A stretch of 64,000 bases of DNA. Origin: a virus. The notes beneath the pieces were generated by a model, which searched no databases, was not told the origin of the DNA, and was given only the letters and a program-made list of their open reading frames with translations. The stretch is from the UHGV virus genome UHGV-0293664; one strand, 5' to 3'. The translations under genes were made by a program, and so were the position numbers. Below, in pieces: positions 25,264 through 36,300 of the stretch. The first letter of the stretch is position 1; each line of letters starts with the position of its first letter.

Positions 25264-27861
25264 ATGCGTATTCAACACAACATTGATAACGTATTTCAGA
25301 TGATTGAGGGGCACAGGAAGTGCCTCGATAACAACACAGGTATTACCAACACACCTACACAAAATAAGCTAGTAAACCCTGATGGTCTTATAGCTGCAGG
25401 GTGGGCAGGTAATAAGATAAATAATGATTGGGCAATGCATGAGTCCCAAGCTGTGTTGATTCTGGGATACATTGAAGCATACAGGGCATCGAAAAGCGAT
25501 TTCTATCTGGATAGGGCAAAAGATGCTTGGGAAGCTTACAATAGTCATCTTCTGGGTGCATATGCTGTAGAAAGTAAAATGCAAAGATTGTCCCACCACC
25601 CTCTGTCCACAGACGGGGTTCCATCACATGGTGGGTTTAAAGATGTGGTGGTGTCTTTTACTAATGGTAGAGGAAAAATCCCAGCTGGATCTCCGACATG
25701 GGGAGAATACCTGGACAAGGCATTCCAAGCATATAACGGTGTGTTAGGAAGAAACACTGTAGACTCTGATGTTTACGGCGGCACAGATGCTAACCCAGAT
25801 TGGACAACATCCGGATTAAGTTGGTGGGTTGAGTGGTATATAGCATGGGATGGTAACCGCTATTGGGCTAACGGTAGCATAGCCGACAGTGGTCATACGT
25901 CTGTAGAGTTCGGCACAATCCAATTACAAGATAAGGGTGTTACAGGCAGCCACAAGGTGACCTATTGTGTAAGATTACCTCAAGAGCAGGGTGGATCGGT
26001 GATACCTGCAGGATCCCCTGTAATTGTAAATCCTATAAACGTGGTTGCAGATAACCAGGCCCCAGAGTTGGACGGGGAAGAGATGTGGTGTGACGCTTGT
26101 TATCAACTCTACACCTTGACAGGTGAGGAAAAGTATTACACCGCGTTTAAACAGTCTTACAACAAGTTGCTTAATTTCAGTGATATAAACGCCTACGATA
26201 AGCTGTTTAGAAAGACCACGTTGATTAAGGCACCGTTCACAGATGGTACTTGCCTAGTTGCAGGGACAGTTCCTGTCATGAGCAGGGACAGTGACGGGTA
26301 TATCAATTTTAGAATGAACGCACGCCAGCCTTGTGAAATAATTCAAAAAGGGACTACATACAAAATAGGCAGAGATGCTGAAATTGTTATGAATTTCGGA
26401 GGAGAAGGGGTTCTGTTCCAGCCACATTTCATCCTTAATGATGGCAACAATAACAAAAAACAGTACAGGATAGGGGTTCCTTTTGGAGGGGCAGAGGTAA
26501 CAGAAATAGTTGCCAAGGTTACTGATTTCGTAGAGGTGGTTGGTAAAGACGGTAATCCGTATCTCTTACCTAAAGAGGAAAACATTGCCGTAAGCGGTGG
26601 TGCTAGTGTTAGTATGCAGTATGATACCGACATTTACAACCACTCTGACAACTTCACCCGCTGTAATATAGCAAGAGGCAAAGTAACTTTCAATTTTGGA
26701 AGAGAGATTTCTTTAAACTCAGTAACTTATCGATCAGATGATGAGATGGTAAGGGTCAAATTTCTTGACAAAGACAGGTGGTTATGGTATGCTGATCTAT
26801 ATGCCACTAATGGACAATGGATAACAGAAACTCTTACTCTAGGAGATTTCAAACTAGATCCGACACAACCTCATCACACCGAAGAAGAGATTAAACCTTT
26901 CTTTGCTAATCCTAAGGGGCTCACCTCTGTAGATTTCAGCCTAAGCGACAGGCAGATAGGTAATGGCTTGTTTGATCTATATTGCGTCAACACACTACCG
27001 CAATTTTATATTGCAGATAGGGATGCCTATCTAATCTGGTTTAGCGTATGGATGGCAAGCAAGACAGAATCAACCGCTAAGGTTGGCGATTGCTATGTCA
27101 GAAACTACAAGCAAGGTGCATACAGGCACACACCGGGTGTGTTCCCTGCCGGAAAGGTGATAGATAAGGAAAACTATCTCTTAGAGGAAAAGCCAAATTG
27201 GCCCTACCCTGGCATGCAATACCCAGCAGTCTACTGCATGGGTGCAGAAAACATAGATCGCCATAGATTGTCAAATACAACAGGCTTTCTGTATGACGCT
27301 CAAGTCTGGTATAATAATACATTTAAGACAGAGGGTCCAGTTGCCTCACGTTATGTATGGCAAAGAGGTAATGAAGGGTTGACTGGTTGGTGGGAGATGG
27401 TAGATAACTCTAAACTCCAGTCAAGATCTTTTGTTGCTGCGTGCCGCACAATATATGAGCTCAAGAAACATAAAGAACCTGTTGATGAAAGACTGTTCCT
27501 GTTCTGCCAGAAATGGGCATGGTTCCTCAACAGATTCCAGTCATCTCATTCAGGAAATCTGCCTACAGACTTTAACACCTCTGGGGGATATTCTTATCAA
27601 GACAGGGGAGACAGGATGTGGGTGGTAGGTGAATGGCTTGCAGGTTGCTGCTGGCTAGGTCTGTGCGGGTATTCAGAGACAATACCTCAAATAGATATTG
27701 TTGTAGAAGCCTGTGTGAAGCTACTGCAAAAGCACCACTTCATTAATGGGGATAATGTTTTAAACGGCTGCTGGGCAGTTTCTGATCCGGTAGGCTATCA
27801 CTCTGGCGAAATCCTTCGCGGTCTGGGCCTCTATGCTCAATACCGTGGATTGTACCTTTAA
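25264..27861 (+). CDS. large tail-associated protein, function unknown (possible tail spike/enzymatic domain)
   Basis: 865-aa ORF in the tail gene block, Trp/Tyr-rich; no recognisable motif. Confidence 0.35.
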   Translation: MRIQHNIDNVFQMIEGHRKCLDNNTGITNTPTQNKLVNPDGLIAAGWAGNKINNDWAMHESQAVLILGYIEAYRASKSDFYLDRAKDAWEAYNSHLLGAYAVESKMQRLSHHPLSTDGVPSHGGFKDVVVSFTNGRGKIPAGSPTWGEYLDKAFQAYNGVLGRNTVDSDVYGGTDANPDWTTSGLSWWVEWYIAWDGNRYWANGSIADSGHTSVEFGTIQLQDKGVTGSHKVTYCVRLPQEQGGSVIPAGSPVIVNPINVVADNQAPELDGEEMWCDACYQLYTLTGEEKYYTAFKQSYNKLLNFSDINAYDKLFRKTTLIKAPFTDGTCLVAGTVPVMSRDSDGYINFRMNARQPCEIIQKGTTYKIGRDAEIVMNFGGEGVLFQPHFILNDGNNNKKQYRIGVPFGGAEVTEIVAKVTDFVEVVGKDGNPYLLPKEENIAVSGGASVSMQYDTDIYNHSDNFTRCNIARGKVTFNFGREISLNSVTYRSDDEMVRVKFLDKDRWLWYADLYATNGQWITETLTLGDFKLDPTQPHHTEEEIKPFFANPKGLTSVDFSLSDRQIGNGLFDLYCVNTLPQFYIADRDAYLIWFSVWMASKTESTAKVGDCYVRNYKQGAYRHTPGVFPAGKVIDKENYLLEEKPNWPYPGMQYPAVYCMGAENIDRHRLSNTTGFLYDAQVWYNNTFKTEGPVASRYVWQRGNEGLTGWWEMVDNSKLQSRSFVAACRTIYELKKHKEPVDERLFLFCQKWAWFLNRFQSSHSGNLPTDFNTSGGYSYQDRGDRMWVVGEWLAGCCWLGLCGYSETIPQIDIVVEACVKLLQKHHFINGDNVLNGCWAVSDPVGYHSGEILRGLGLYAQYRGLYL

Positions 27862-27896
27862 CATAGGGGGCTGTTTGCCCCCTTTCAGGAGAAAGA

Positions 27897-30800
27897 ATGG
27901 CTGATATTAAAGTTGTCAGAATTGAATCTCTTCCTGCCACTACCGCAGTGACAGAGGATGATTACCTGGTTGTTCAGCAACCAGACCTGACCCGTCGTGT
28001 AAAAATTGGCGATGTTGTCCATGTGGATGGGACTGTTTCTCATGTAATCTCCTTTAAGGAAGGTGGTAAGTTAAACGGCCCAATGGATTTTGCCTACTTC
28101 GAAGAGGAAGACCTCTACCTGCGTTGGAAAGGCGAATTTCCGCACACTGTTCCTGCACTGTCTTCACCGTACGCTGATGGTGGGATTACTGACGCTGCAT
28201 GGATGGTATATACTGACCCGTCCTTAAGGGAGGAGCTGGAATCTACCATTGGCGCATCTATGATCATGACAGCCGAAGGGCAGTCTGTCCAGGATGTAAT
28301 GGATGTTACTGTTCAGACAGCTAACGATGCTAAAGCACTTGCACAGCGTGTAGATTTTGGTACAGTGCACACTGTAGGCGATGTTATTCACCTTGATAAC
28401 TTTGTTGGCCCTGCAGTTATTGAAGAGGGAAGAACTACCAACTACCCTTCTGTAGCAGCTGGTGAAAAATTTCTGAACGGTGTGGTATCTCGTCGTGATA
28501 CTACAACTGTTGATGGTATTTTCCGTGGTGCTACCTCAGGAGCCATGTATACCATTGCAGTAACCAACGGTGTAGCAACAACAAAAAGAATAGCACTTCG
28601 TGATGAATTTAAACGCCTAGAGGCAAACAACCCAACAAGAACAGTTATCCGTGCTGGAGATGATTTAAACACAGCAGGGTACTTGCAGCTTGATGCAACA
28701 GGCCGTTGGGGTATGTGGAACCAACAAACAGCTTCGTGGCAACCTCTTGCTATAGAGCAAGGCGGTACAGGGGCCAGAGATGTAGCAGGTGCACGCATTA
28801 ACTTAGGGGCTTTCTATAAGCAACGTGCAGCCCTTGAGCCAAATTTCAATATCAATAACTTGACTGGTAATCAGGATGGTGTATACTACCAGCCGATGAC
28901 TGCTTATGCAACTGAGGCAAATGGTTACCCTGCAGGTTCTGGTGCTGGTCACTTGATTGTTTGGCAGAACAATGCTAACGGCGGTACAGGTTGTCGTCAG
29001 GAATACTATCCATTCTCTAACGTAGATGTTTGGTATTTGAGAACCTATCAGGCCAACACAAATCAGTGGACTGCATGGCAGCCGATGGTCAGACCTCGTA
29101 ATGATGATACCTTTAGAACGCACATCGGTCTTGGGTCCAGAAATTCCCCTACCTTCGGGCACCTTTACCTGTCTCAAAGCTCTGCTGATGTTAAGTCGGC
29201 ATCAGGTATTGTTAACGGGGACAAATATAGTGCTGACGGTGTCCTTGAGCATGGGTATAGGATCTACTCTGAGGTAAGAAACGACAATAAAGCTTGGTTG
29301 ACAATCCACCTGCACAAAGGTGCAAAAGGATCTGAAACTCATAGATATTTAGGTTTCCGCGAAGACGGTGTATTAGTCTGCCCTAAATATATGCAAGTTG
29401 GGGATCTTACTGGTCAGCTGACAAACTGGGGGCTTGGAGAGTGGATTCGTAGTTCAGGGGCAGAAAGAGGTTTCTGGGGGTCCAAGAAAGCCGCCAAGAT
29501 GGTCATCTGGGATGGCGGGATGGACGAATCCGGTAACGGCAGTTTGGAATGGGGTGTTTATAACAACCGGAAGGCCAAGTGGGAACCTTTACCTCACGCC
29601 GCAGGTGGTACCGGGGCTACAACTTTAGCAGATGCTCAGAATCTGTTCAAAGTTCCTATAGCAGCAGGTGTAAAAGACTTATTAACACTGCCAAGAACCG
29701 CAGGGATGGAAGATGGGAAATACTACCCAATTATCGTTAGAACAGATCCGTACTATGCTCCAGCAACTGGCACTGATATTACTATAGTCACCAGGTCTTC
29801 ATCTGGAAATGACCCTATGAACTGTGCGACCTTACAGTGTCACTATAGAACTGGTGGTTGGACAGACAGAGGAGACTCTTTCTACGGGGTAGTAAATTTC
29901 TACCAGAATGAAAAAGCAATTCTTGGGATGGTTGCTCCAACAAGGGGTAAACAAGAATATGTTGCTTTCTATGCAGAGGCGCGTGCTTTCCCTGTCAGCA
30001 TATACGCAAGTAGAAATGTTGTCGAGGTGTTTACCAGAGAGCAAGATTACCAGGTTGGCTCTGTAACAAACAATCAGGACGGTGTTAAATTCGTTGCACC
30101 TCTCCAGTCAGCAGATTTGAATCTTGCTGTTCTTGGAGATAACAACACCAATACCAGACCTATTGTTGACTTCAAAGGTACCTCTGGGTTCTACACTGGC
30201 GGCGGCACACAGTGGCACTATATAGGCACTGCTGAACGCTATGCTGTGATGAGCAAAATGAATATGCCAAAAGTTGAGCTGTGGGCAGATGGTCTTGACT
30301 ATTTGTGCTACGGCAGCTCTAGAAAGGCGTTATTCTCTAATGCAGGATTCCAGTGTGCCTCCGATGGGACAGAGGATCTGACTAACGGTACGTTTACCTC
30401 TAAATGCGGTAATGGTGCTGGTCTCAAAGGTCGGGCAGAGTTCAGATCTACTCCGGAAGCGGGTCAAGTTATTGTTCGCGATGTTGTAGGCACAGCTCAT
30501 AGATTCTACAACTTCAACAAAGATGGTACTTTCTCAGCACCTGGTGGTTTTGTATGCCACACTGGTGGAGACTGGAACAACCAGTTTGGGAATAATAATC
30601 CGTCCAAAATAATGGCTGGCAACGTCAACGGACCTGAAGGTTCAATGGTTGTTGGCGGGGTGTCTGTAGCATTTTCTGGAAATTATGCTTTCCAGATAGC
30701 TGGTCGCCTTGATAGGTTGTATACCAGATCTATCGAGGGTGGTGCTCACAGACCGTGGAACAAGATCTTCTCACACAGAGGTGTAGGTCTTGGTTCTACA

Positions 30801-31706
30801 GACCTAAACACTTACGATGGTACTTGTGAGGGCATCTACGACCAACCGCTTGATGCCAACTCGACATCTGAAAGACATTACCCAGCACCGTACGCTGGTA
30901 CTCTGATTGTTTACCAGAACAATGCAAACAATCCGAAAGGATGCGTACAGGAGTACATCACACGTTTTGGTGACAGATACACGCGTGTTGGTAACATGGA
31001 TAGAACTGGTTCCACTTACATGTGGGAAGTTTGGCGGCATGATTCTGGTAAAGCTATCCAGTTACGCCCGAATCGCAATGTTGATGAAACAGATAAAGAG
31101 CTGTGCATTCATGTTGGTGGTTCTGAAAATCCCAGCAACAACGGTAACTTACCTAAGGATGATGCTGTACTCCATTATTGGGGTAACGGCAGCACAGGGG
31201 ATCGTCCAAACGTGTTAGAGTTTAAGGTTCTTGACGAGTCTCAAGCAAATTGGGTATGGCATTGCGGTACCTTGCCGGATAAATCAAGATATCTTTCTGT
31301 AAACGGTGCTGTGAATTGCGCATCTGTCAATCAGAGTTCTGACAGGGACCTGAAAGATAACATAGCTGTTATTCCTGATGCATTAGAAGCTATTCGGAAG
31401 ATGAAGGGCTATACTTACACTCTTAAAGAGAACGGTATGCCTTATGCAGGTGTTATAGCACAAGAGGTGCTTGAAGCGCTGCCGGAAGCAGTTAGCTCTT
31501 TCGTGCAAAGAAAGGAAATCCCAAACCCTGATCAAGATGGAACCCCTTTGATAACAGAGGAAAGATTCTACAGCGTGGATTACGCAGCCGTAACAGGCTT
31601 GCTTGTCCAGGTTTGCAGGGAACAGGACGATAAAATAACCGCCCTTGAGGAGCAGGTTAAAAAATTGACAGAGGTTGTTACTGGGTTGCAAGAGAAACTG
31701 AAGTAA
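27897..31706 (+). CDS. tail fibre with C-terminal intramolecular chaperone (peptidase S74-like) domain
   Basis: C-terminal SDRDLKDNIAVIPDALEAIRKMKGYTYTLKE...YSVDYAAVTGLLVQVCREQ with terminal coiled coil; fibre-repeat-like GGTGA motifs; internal duplicated LIVWQNNANG..C.QEY segment. Confidence 0.65.
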   Translation: MADIKVVRIESLPATTAVTEDDYLVVQQPDLTRRVKIGDVVHVDGTVSHVISFKEGGKLNGPMDFAYFEEEDLYLRWKGEFPHTVPALSSPYADGGITDAAWMVYTDPSLREELESTIGASMIMTAEGQSVQDVMDVTVQTANDAKALAQRVDFGTVHTVGDVIHLDNFVGPAVIEEGRTTNYPSVAAGEKFLNGVVSRRDTTTVDGIFRGATSGAMYTIAVTNGVATTKRIALRDEFKRLEANNPTRTVIRAGDDLNTAGYLQLDATGRWGMWNQQTASWQPLAIEQGGTGARDVAGARINLGAFYKQRAALEPNFNINNLTGNQDGVYYQPMTAYATEANGYPAGSGAGHLIVWQNNANGGTGCRQEYYPFSNVDVWYLRTYQANTNQWTAWQPMVRPRNDDTFRTHIGLGSRNSPTFGHLYLSQSSADVKSASGIVNGDKYSADGVLEHGYRIYSEVRNDNKAWLTIHLHKGAKGSETHRYLGFREDGVLVCPKYMQVGDLTGQLTNWGLGEWIRSSGAERGFWGSKKAAKMVIWDGGMDESGNGSLEWGVYNNRKAKWEPLPHAAGGTGATTLADAQNLFKVPIAAGVKDLLTLPRTAGMEDGKYYPIIVRTDPYYAPATGTDITIVTRSSSGNDPMNCATLQCHYRTGGWTDRGDSFYGVVNFYQNEKAILGMVAPTRGKQEYVAFYAEARAFPVSIYASRNVVEVFTREQDYQVGSVTNNQDGVKFVAPLQSADLNLAVLGDNNTNTRPIVDFKGTSGFYTGGGTQWHYIGTAERYAVMSKMNMPKVELWADGLDYLCYGSSRKALFSNAGFQCASDGTEDLTNGTFTSKCGNGAGLKGRAEFRSTPEAGQVIVRDVVGTAHRFYNFNKDGTFSAPGGFVCHTGGDWNNQFGNNNPSKIMAGNVNGPEGSMVVGGVSVAFSGNYAFQIAGRLDRLYTRSIEGGAHRPWNKIFSHRGVGLGSTDLNTYDGTCEGIYDQPLDANSTSERHYPAPYAGTLIVYQNNANNPKGCVQEYITRFGDRYTRVGNMDRTGSTYMWEVWRHDSGKAIQLRPNRNVDETDKELCIHVGGSENPSNNGNLPKDDAVLHYWGNGSTGDRPNVLEFKVLDESQANWVWHCGTLPDKSRYLSVNGAVNCASVNQSSDRDLKDNIAVIPDALEAIRKMKGYTYTLKENGMPYAGVIAQEVLEALPEAVSSFVQRKEIPNPDQDGTPLITEERFYSVDYAAVTGLLVQVCREQDDKITALEEQVKKLTEVVTGLQEKLK

Positions 31707-31713
31707 CTGTTTT

Positions 31714-31738
31714 GCCCTCGCTTCGGCGGGGGCTTTTT
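31714..31738 (+). terminator. intrinsic terminator with UUCG tetraloop
   Basis: gccctcgc-ttcg-gcgggggc followed by ttttt. Confidence 0.65.
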
Positions 31739-31745
31739 GTTTGTA

Positions 31746-31774
31746 TTGCGTATTAACTCAAAATCTGGTAAAAT
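31746..31774 (+). promoter_or_regulatory. sigma70-type promoter with extended -10 (TTGCGT-N17-TGgTAAAAT)
   Basis: TTGCGT 31746-31751; TG 31766-31767; TAAAAT 31769-31774. Confidence 0.5.
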
Positions 31775-31805
31775 AGCTATCATGATTGTTTAACCGGGAG
31801 GCACA

Positions 31806-32396
31806 ATGTTTTTATGGGAAAGGCCTAGATACCTTCCAGATATTAGATTGGAGCTGCTGGCAGATATTGTTACGTTTAAAAGTCCGTTTACAGGTAAAAC
31901 GCAAAAAGTAACCTATGCCACACCTAACTGGAAAGGCACTTTGACGGTTTCCAATATCAGTGAGTCACAGTTGCTAGAGCTTAAGAGCTTTGTCGATCAG
32001 GTGTATAAAGATGGGAACATATTTCTTATTAAAACTTACGGTCACTCAGTAACAGCTAATGAGCCAATCGCCCTCGGGCCTACTGGTAACGACGATTTTT
32101 TGAAGACGGTTGGGTGGGAGCCAAACAGAGACATAGCCAGAGCCGGGGATAAAATATCTGTCAATGATGAATTGAAAGTGGTAACAGCTCCAGTGCGTAG
32201 CGATGGTGTTGGGTCTGCTGTTATAGGTATATCTCCAAGACTTAGAAAACCTATTGCCGCAGGGGACACCATGAAGATAATAACTCAATCTCCGAAGGGT
32301 AGGTTTCATATCAGAGATATTTATAAAATTAAGCAAAAAGTCGATGCTATGCAAAAAGGTGATAATATAGTTATCAACTTCTTTGAGGATTTTTAA
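31806..32396 (+). CDS. hypothetical tail protein
   Basis: 196-aa ORF after RBS GGGAGG; first of three short genes preceding the gpJ-like gene. Confidence 0.35.
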   Translation: MFLWERPRYLPDIRLELLADIVTFKSPFTGKTQKVTYATPNWKGTLTVSNISESQLLELKSFVDQVYKDGNIFLIKTYGHSVTANEPIALGPTGNDDFLKTVGWEPNRDIARAGDKISVNDELKVVTAPVRSDGVGSAVIGISPRLRKPIAAGDTMKIITQSPKGRFHIRDIYKIKQKVDAMQKGDNIVINFFEDF

Positions 32397-32949
32397 GATG
32401 ATCAGAGCGCCATTAGATAATTTATTTCTTGAAAAGCTGGAGCTTGATGGTGTTGAGATCTTAATTGCTGCAAAGCTGGAGCTACCGACAGGAACTGTCA
32501 GGGTGTGCTCAGGCACTGGTGTTGTAGTAATTGAGGGGCAACATTTTATAGGGATAGGGGGATCAGCAACATTAACTGCTGTGTCTGAGAAAGATGCCAC
32601 CAACTTCGGATCTGTGGTAGCAACATTAAACGGGTTTGATCCTAAGTATGTGGGTGATCTGCTGAAGACAGAGTATTCTGGTTGTCGTGCCACGTTGTAC
32701 ATTACCGCTATGGAGAATGGTCTGCCTGTCACAACCAATGGCTTGTTTGACGGTCTTATAACAGATATGGCTATTCAGACAGGAGAGAATAGTGCTTTGT
32801 CCATATCCATCTCTTCCATCTTCAACAGCTGGTTAAGAGGTTTTCCTTATCGGTACACTGAGGAAAGCCACAGCTCAAGAAACGATAACGACAGATTTTT
32901 TAAATATGTGGATCAGGTGGCGAGCCGCCCGATCATTTGGGAGGTTTAA
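32383..32949 (+). CDS. hypothetical tail protein
   Basis: 188-aa ORF overlapping its neighbours at both ends. Confidence 0.35.
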   Translation: MRIFKMIRAPLDNLFLEKLELDGVEILIAAKLELPTGTVRVCSGTGVVVIEGQHFIGIGGSATLTAVSEKDATNFGSVVATLNGFDPKYVGDLLKTEYSGCRATLYITAMENGLPVTTNGLFDGLITDMAIQTGENSALSISISSIFNSWLRGFPYRYTEESHSSRNDNDRFFKYVDQVASRPIIWEV

Positions 32950-33374
32950 TGAGCACACATCCTCGTTTAGTGGACTGGCAAGAAAGATTGTGGAAAGTGT
33001 TTGACGAAGAGGCCACCATACCTTTTGAATGGGGATTCCACGATTGTTGCACCTTTGCGGCTAAGTGTGTTGATGCCCAATACGGAACAGATTTTCTTTC
33101 TAACTTCGAAGGAACGTATAAAACAGAGTTGGAAAGCAAGAGATGGTGCATGCTTCATTTCAAAACCACACACCTGCCCACTATTTTTGATTTCTTTATG
33201 ACTCGGCTGGACACTCCTAAACAGGTTCAGCGTGGCGATATTGTTATCTTCAAAGGTCTGAACGGCCTCACAGCTGGTGTGTTCTGGAACAACCAGATTT
33301 GGGCGAAAGGTGATAAAGGGGTCTTTATGTTCGACATGAAAGATTCTATCGTTGTTGATGTCTGGAGGTATTAA
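32937..33374 (+). CDS. hypothetical tail protein with HDCC Cys/His motif
   Basis: 145-aa ORF with FHDCCTF and GDIVIF segments; resemblance to papain-like or NlpC/P60 folds is speculative. Confidence 0.3.
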   Translation: MGGLMSTHPRLVDWQERLWKVFDEEATIPFEWGFHDCCTFAAKCVDAQYGTDFLSNFEGTYKTELESKRWCMLHFKTTHLPTIFDFFMTRLDTPKQVQRGDIVIFKGLNGLTAGVFWNNQIWAKGDKGVFMFDMKDSIVVDVWRY

Positions 33375-36300
33375 TGCCAATTGCAATGATTGATAACATC
33401 GTTGCTTCTGCAAGATCTTCAAGTTATGACTGGAACGCATCCAAGGCAGCTCTGGCTGACAGCCTGAACACTGTTACCACCAGAACTCTGGATAAGATTT
33501 TTGAGGGCAACAAATCTTACAGAAGTCAGCAAGATAGACAAAAGCTTCTCAGATCTTCTGCTGCACCCTGCTCTGTAGTGTATGGGAAGACACGCACATC
33601 CGGATTGCTTGCGTTTTTGGAGCAGGACAGAGACAGAACCCTCCATTGTGCTATTGTTCTTGCCAATCATCCTCTAGAAGGTATAGAAGACATACTCATC
33701 GACGGTAATCCTATTTCCTCGTATGGAGATCTGGTATCGTGGGAGCTACATAACGACAGAAAAACATCTGATCCTTTCATGGGTACACACTGCCCATCAT
33801 GGTCACCTGACATGATAGGTAGAGGGATCAGTTGGCTACGTGCCAGCTTCAGGTTTGACCCTAACAAGTTTCCTTTTGGGTTGCCAAACGTTACACTCGT
33901 TAAGGTTGGTAAAAAATGCTATGATCCTCGCATCAGTAAAGAGGTGTATACCAATAACGCGGCCTTGGTGATTCTAGACTATTTAAGAACGTACCTTAAA
34001 TGTCCTGACGAAACCATCAACTGGGAGTCCTTCAAGGAGGCTGCTAACATATGCGACGAGGCGGTAAAAAACGCAGACGGAACCAGTGAGCGCCGATACA
34101 CCATTAATGGCGAGTTTGACATGGACGAGGCTCCGGCAAGCATTATGGCAGAAATGCTGAAAGCTTGTGGCGCAGATCTCAGCTATGTAGCTGGTAAGTA
34201 TGGTTTGCTGGTTGGTGCATACTATGGCCCGGCAACAATGACGCTGAGTGAGGATTGTGTCTGTGGTGAGGTTAAGATCTATCCGGAAGCCTCGTTTGAC
34301 AAAAGATCCAACACAATAACTGGCAGATTCACCAGTCCGACCAAAGGGTATTCTGAAACAGATTTTCCATCAGTGTTTGTCCCAGAGTGGATAGAGAAGG
34401 ATGGAGAAAGAAAGATAATCGATATAGACTACCGCTTTGTTACCAGCCCTTATCAAGCTCAGCGTGTTTCTGCAATATTTTTAAGACGTGCTAGAGCTGG
34501 CAGGATTATTGAAGTCACCTGCAATATGCGAGGTTTTAAATTTAAACCTGGCCGTTACGTTACAATGAATCTCCCAAGTATTGGTATAGTGGGCCAAGAA
34601 ATGAGGGTTCTTGAGTGGGAGTTCACCAAAAAGGGCGGTGTCAAGGTAAAACTTCGTCAAGATGCTAAAGAGTGGAATGATGCCACAGGGCAACTTCCGG
34701 ATTCTGGCGATGTAGATATTCCGATATCCCCATCCGGTGTAGCTCAACCGCAAAACTTCAGATACTCCGTCCTCCAAGCTGGGGAAATAACTCACGGTGT
34801 TCTGGCTTGGGACAACGTTGGGACTTACGCTCAAAATATTGTGCAGGTAAGAAAGAACGGAGAGATTGTTTGGACAGCACAGACAGTTGAGCAGTTTGTC
34901 CGAGTAGAAGGCTTGACCAAAGGGTCATACACAGCAACCGTGGTTGCAACATCCTATAAAGGTGGTGTATCTCCAGAAGCGTACTGCGAGTTTAACATTC
35001 AGGCACCTGAAGCTCCGGTTTCTGTAGAGGTTAAGCAGGGATATTTCGCTATCACCTTGATTCCGCATAGTAGGGATTTAGCAAGCGTAAGCACCCAGTA
35101 TGACTTTTGGACATCTGGTATGACAAGGTTGCCAGACACCAGTGATGCTACCGTTACTTCAAAAGCCACCCGTATGGGTGTTGGTTCAACTTGGACGTCT
35201 GAAGGTCTCCAGAACGATAAGGTTTATTATTGGTATATTCGAACCACAAACGCTTTTGGTAGCTCTCAGTTTGTAGAATGCGCTGCACGCTGCTATACCT
35301 CTATTGAGGATTTGATGCCTCAGATAGATGCTGAATTCAAAAAGACAGAAACTTATAAAGAGTTGATGAGCACTTTGGATTCCTCTATTGAAGAGGTTGA
35401 AAATCGTGTCACAGAACTTAACAGGTACATGGATGGTAGGGTAGATGAAGCGTTCCAACAACTTGGGGACAGAATAGGTGCGGTAGTTACAGAAACAACT
35501 CAGAAGTTTGAAGATGTCAATGGTAACATTACAGCGCTGGATAGGAAACTTGTTGCTGCACAGAACAAATTCACCAACGATCTGAACACTGAAAGTGGCA
35601 GACTGGCATCTCTGATCGAGACAACCAATAAAGCAACTACTGATCTTCTGAACAAAAAGACAGAGGCTTTAGATGAGAAATTGGTTGCCGCCAAAGGTGA
35701 GCTGGTAGAGCAGATAGAGGGAGTTGAGAGCGGGTATTTAGCCGGAGATAAAACTCTGGATGGTAAGATCAATACTCAGAGAACAGAACTTGACGCAAGC
35801 ATCTTGAGCACTAACCAGGCAACTGTGGATCTTTTGAACAGGACATCTGAAACTCTGGATCAAAAGATCAGTCAGACAAACGCGACGGTATCTAAAAACT
35901 ATACCACCCTGGATGGCAAGATAACCACCGCAAAAACTGACCTCAACACCTTGATTGCCAATACCAACAAGGCCACCACTGACTTGTTGAATCAGAAAAC
36001 ATCTGCACTGTCAGAGCAGATAACTTCTGCACGTGGGGAGATTTCTACCAACAAGCAGGCGATTGATGCTTTGGATGGAAAACTGACTTCCACAAAAACA
36101 GCGCTGGATGCTACAATTTCCGATACCAACAAAGCCACTGTGGACCTTATCAACGGCACAGCGTCAGCTATTCGTCAAGAACTTGCTGTTGCTAAGCAGG
36201 AGATCATTGATGATGTTGGGGATGTGTCCGAGATCAGGGCTGCAGTAGCTACAACATCTAAGGCTGTAACCGACTTGGAGGGTAAAGTAAATGCTCAGTG

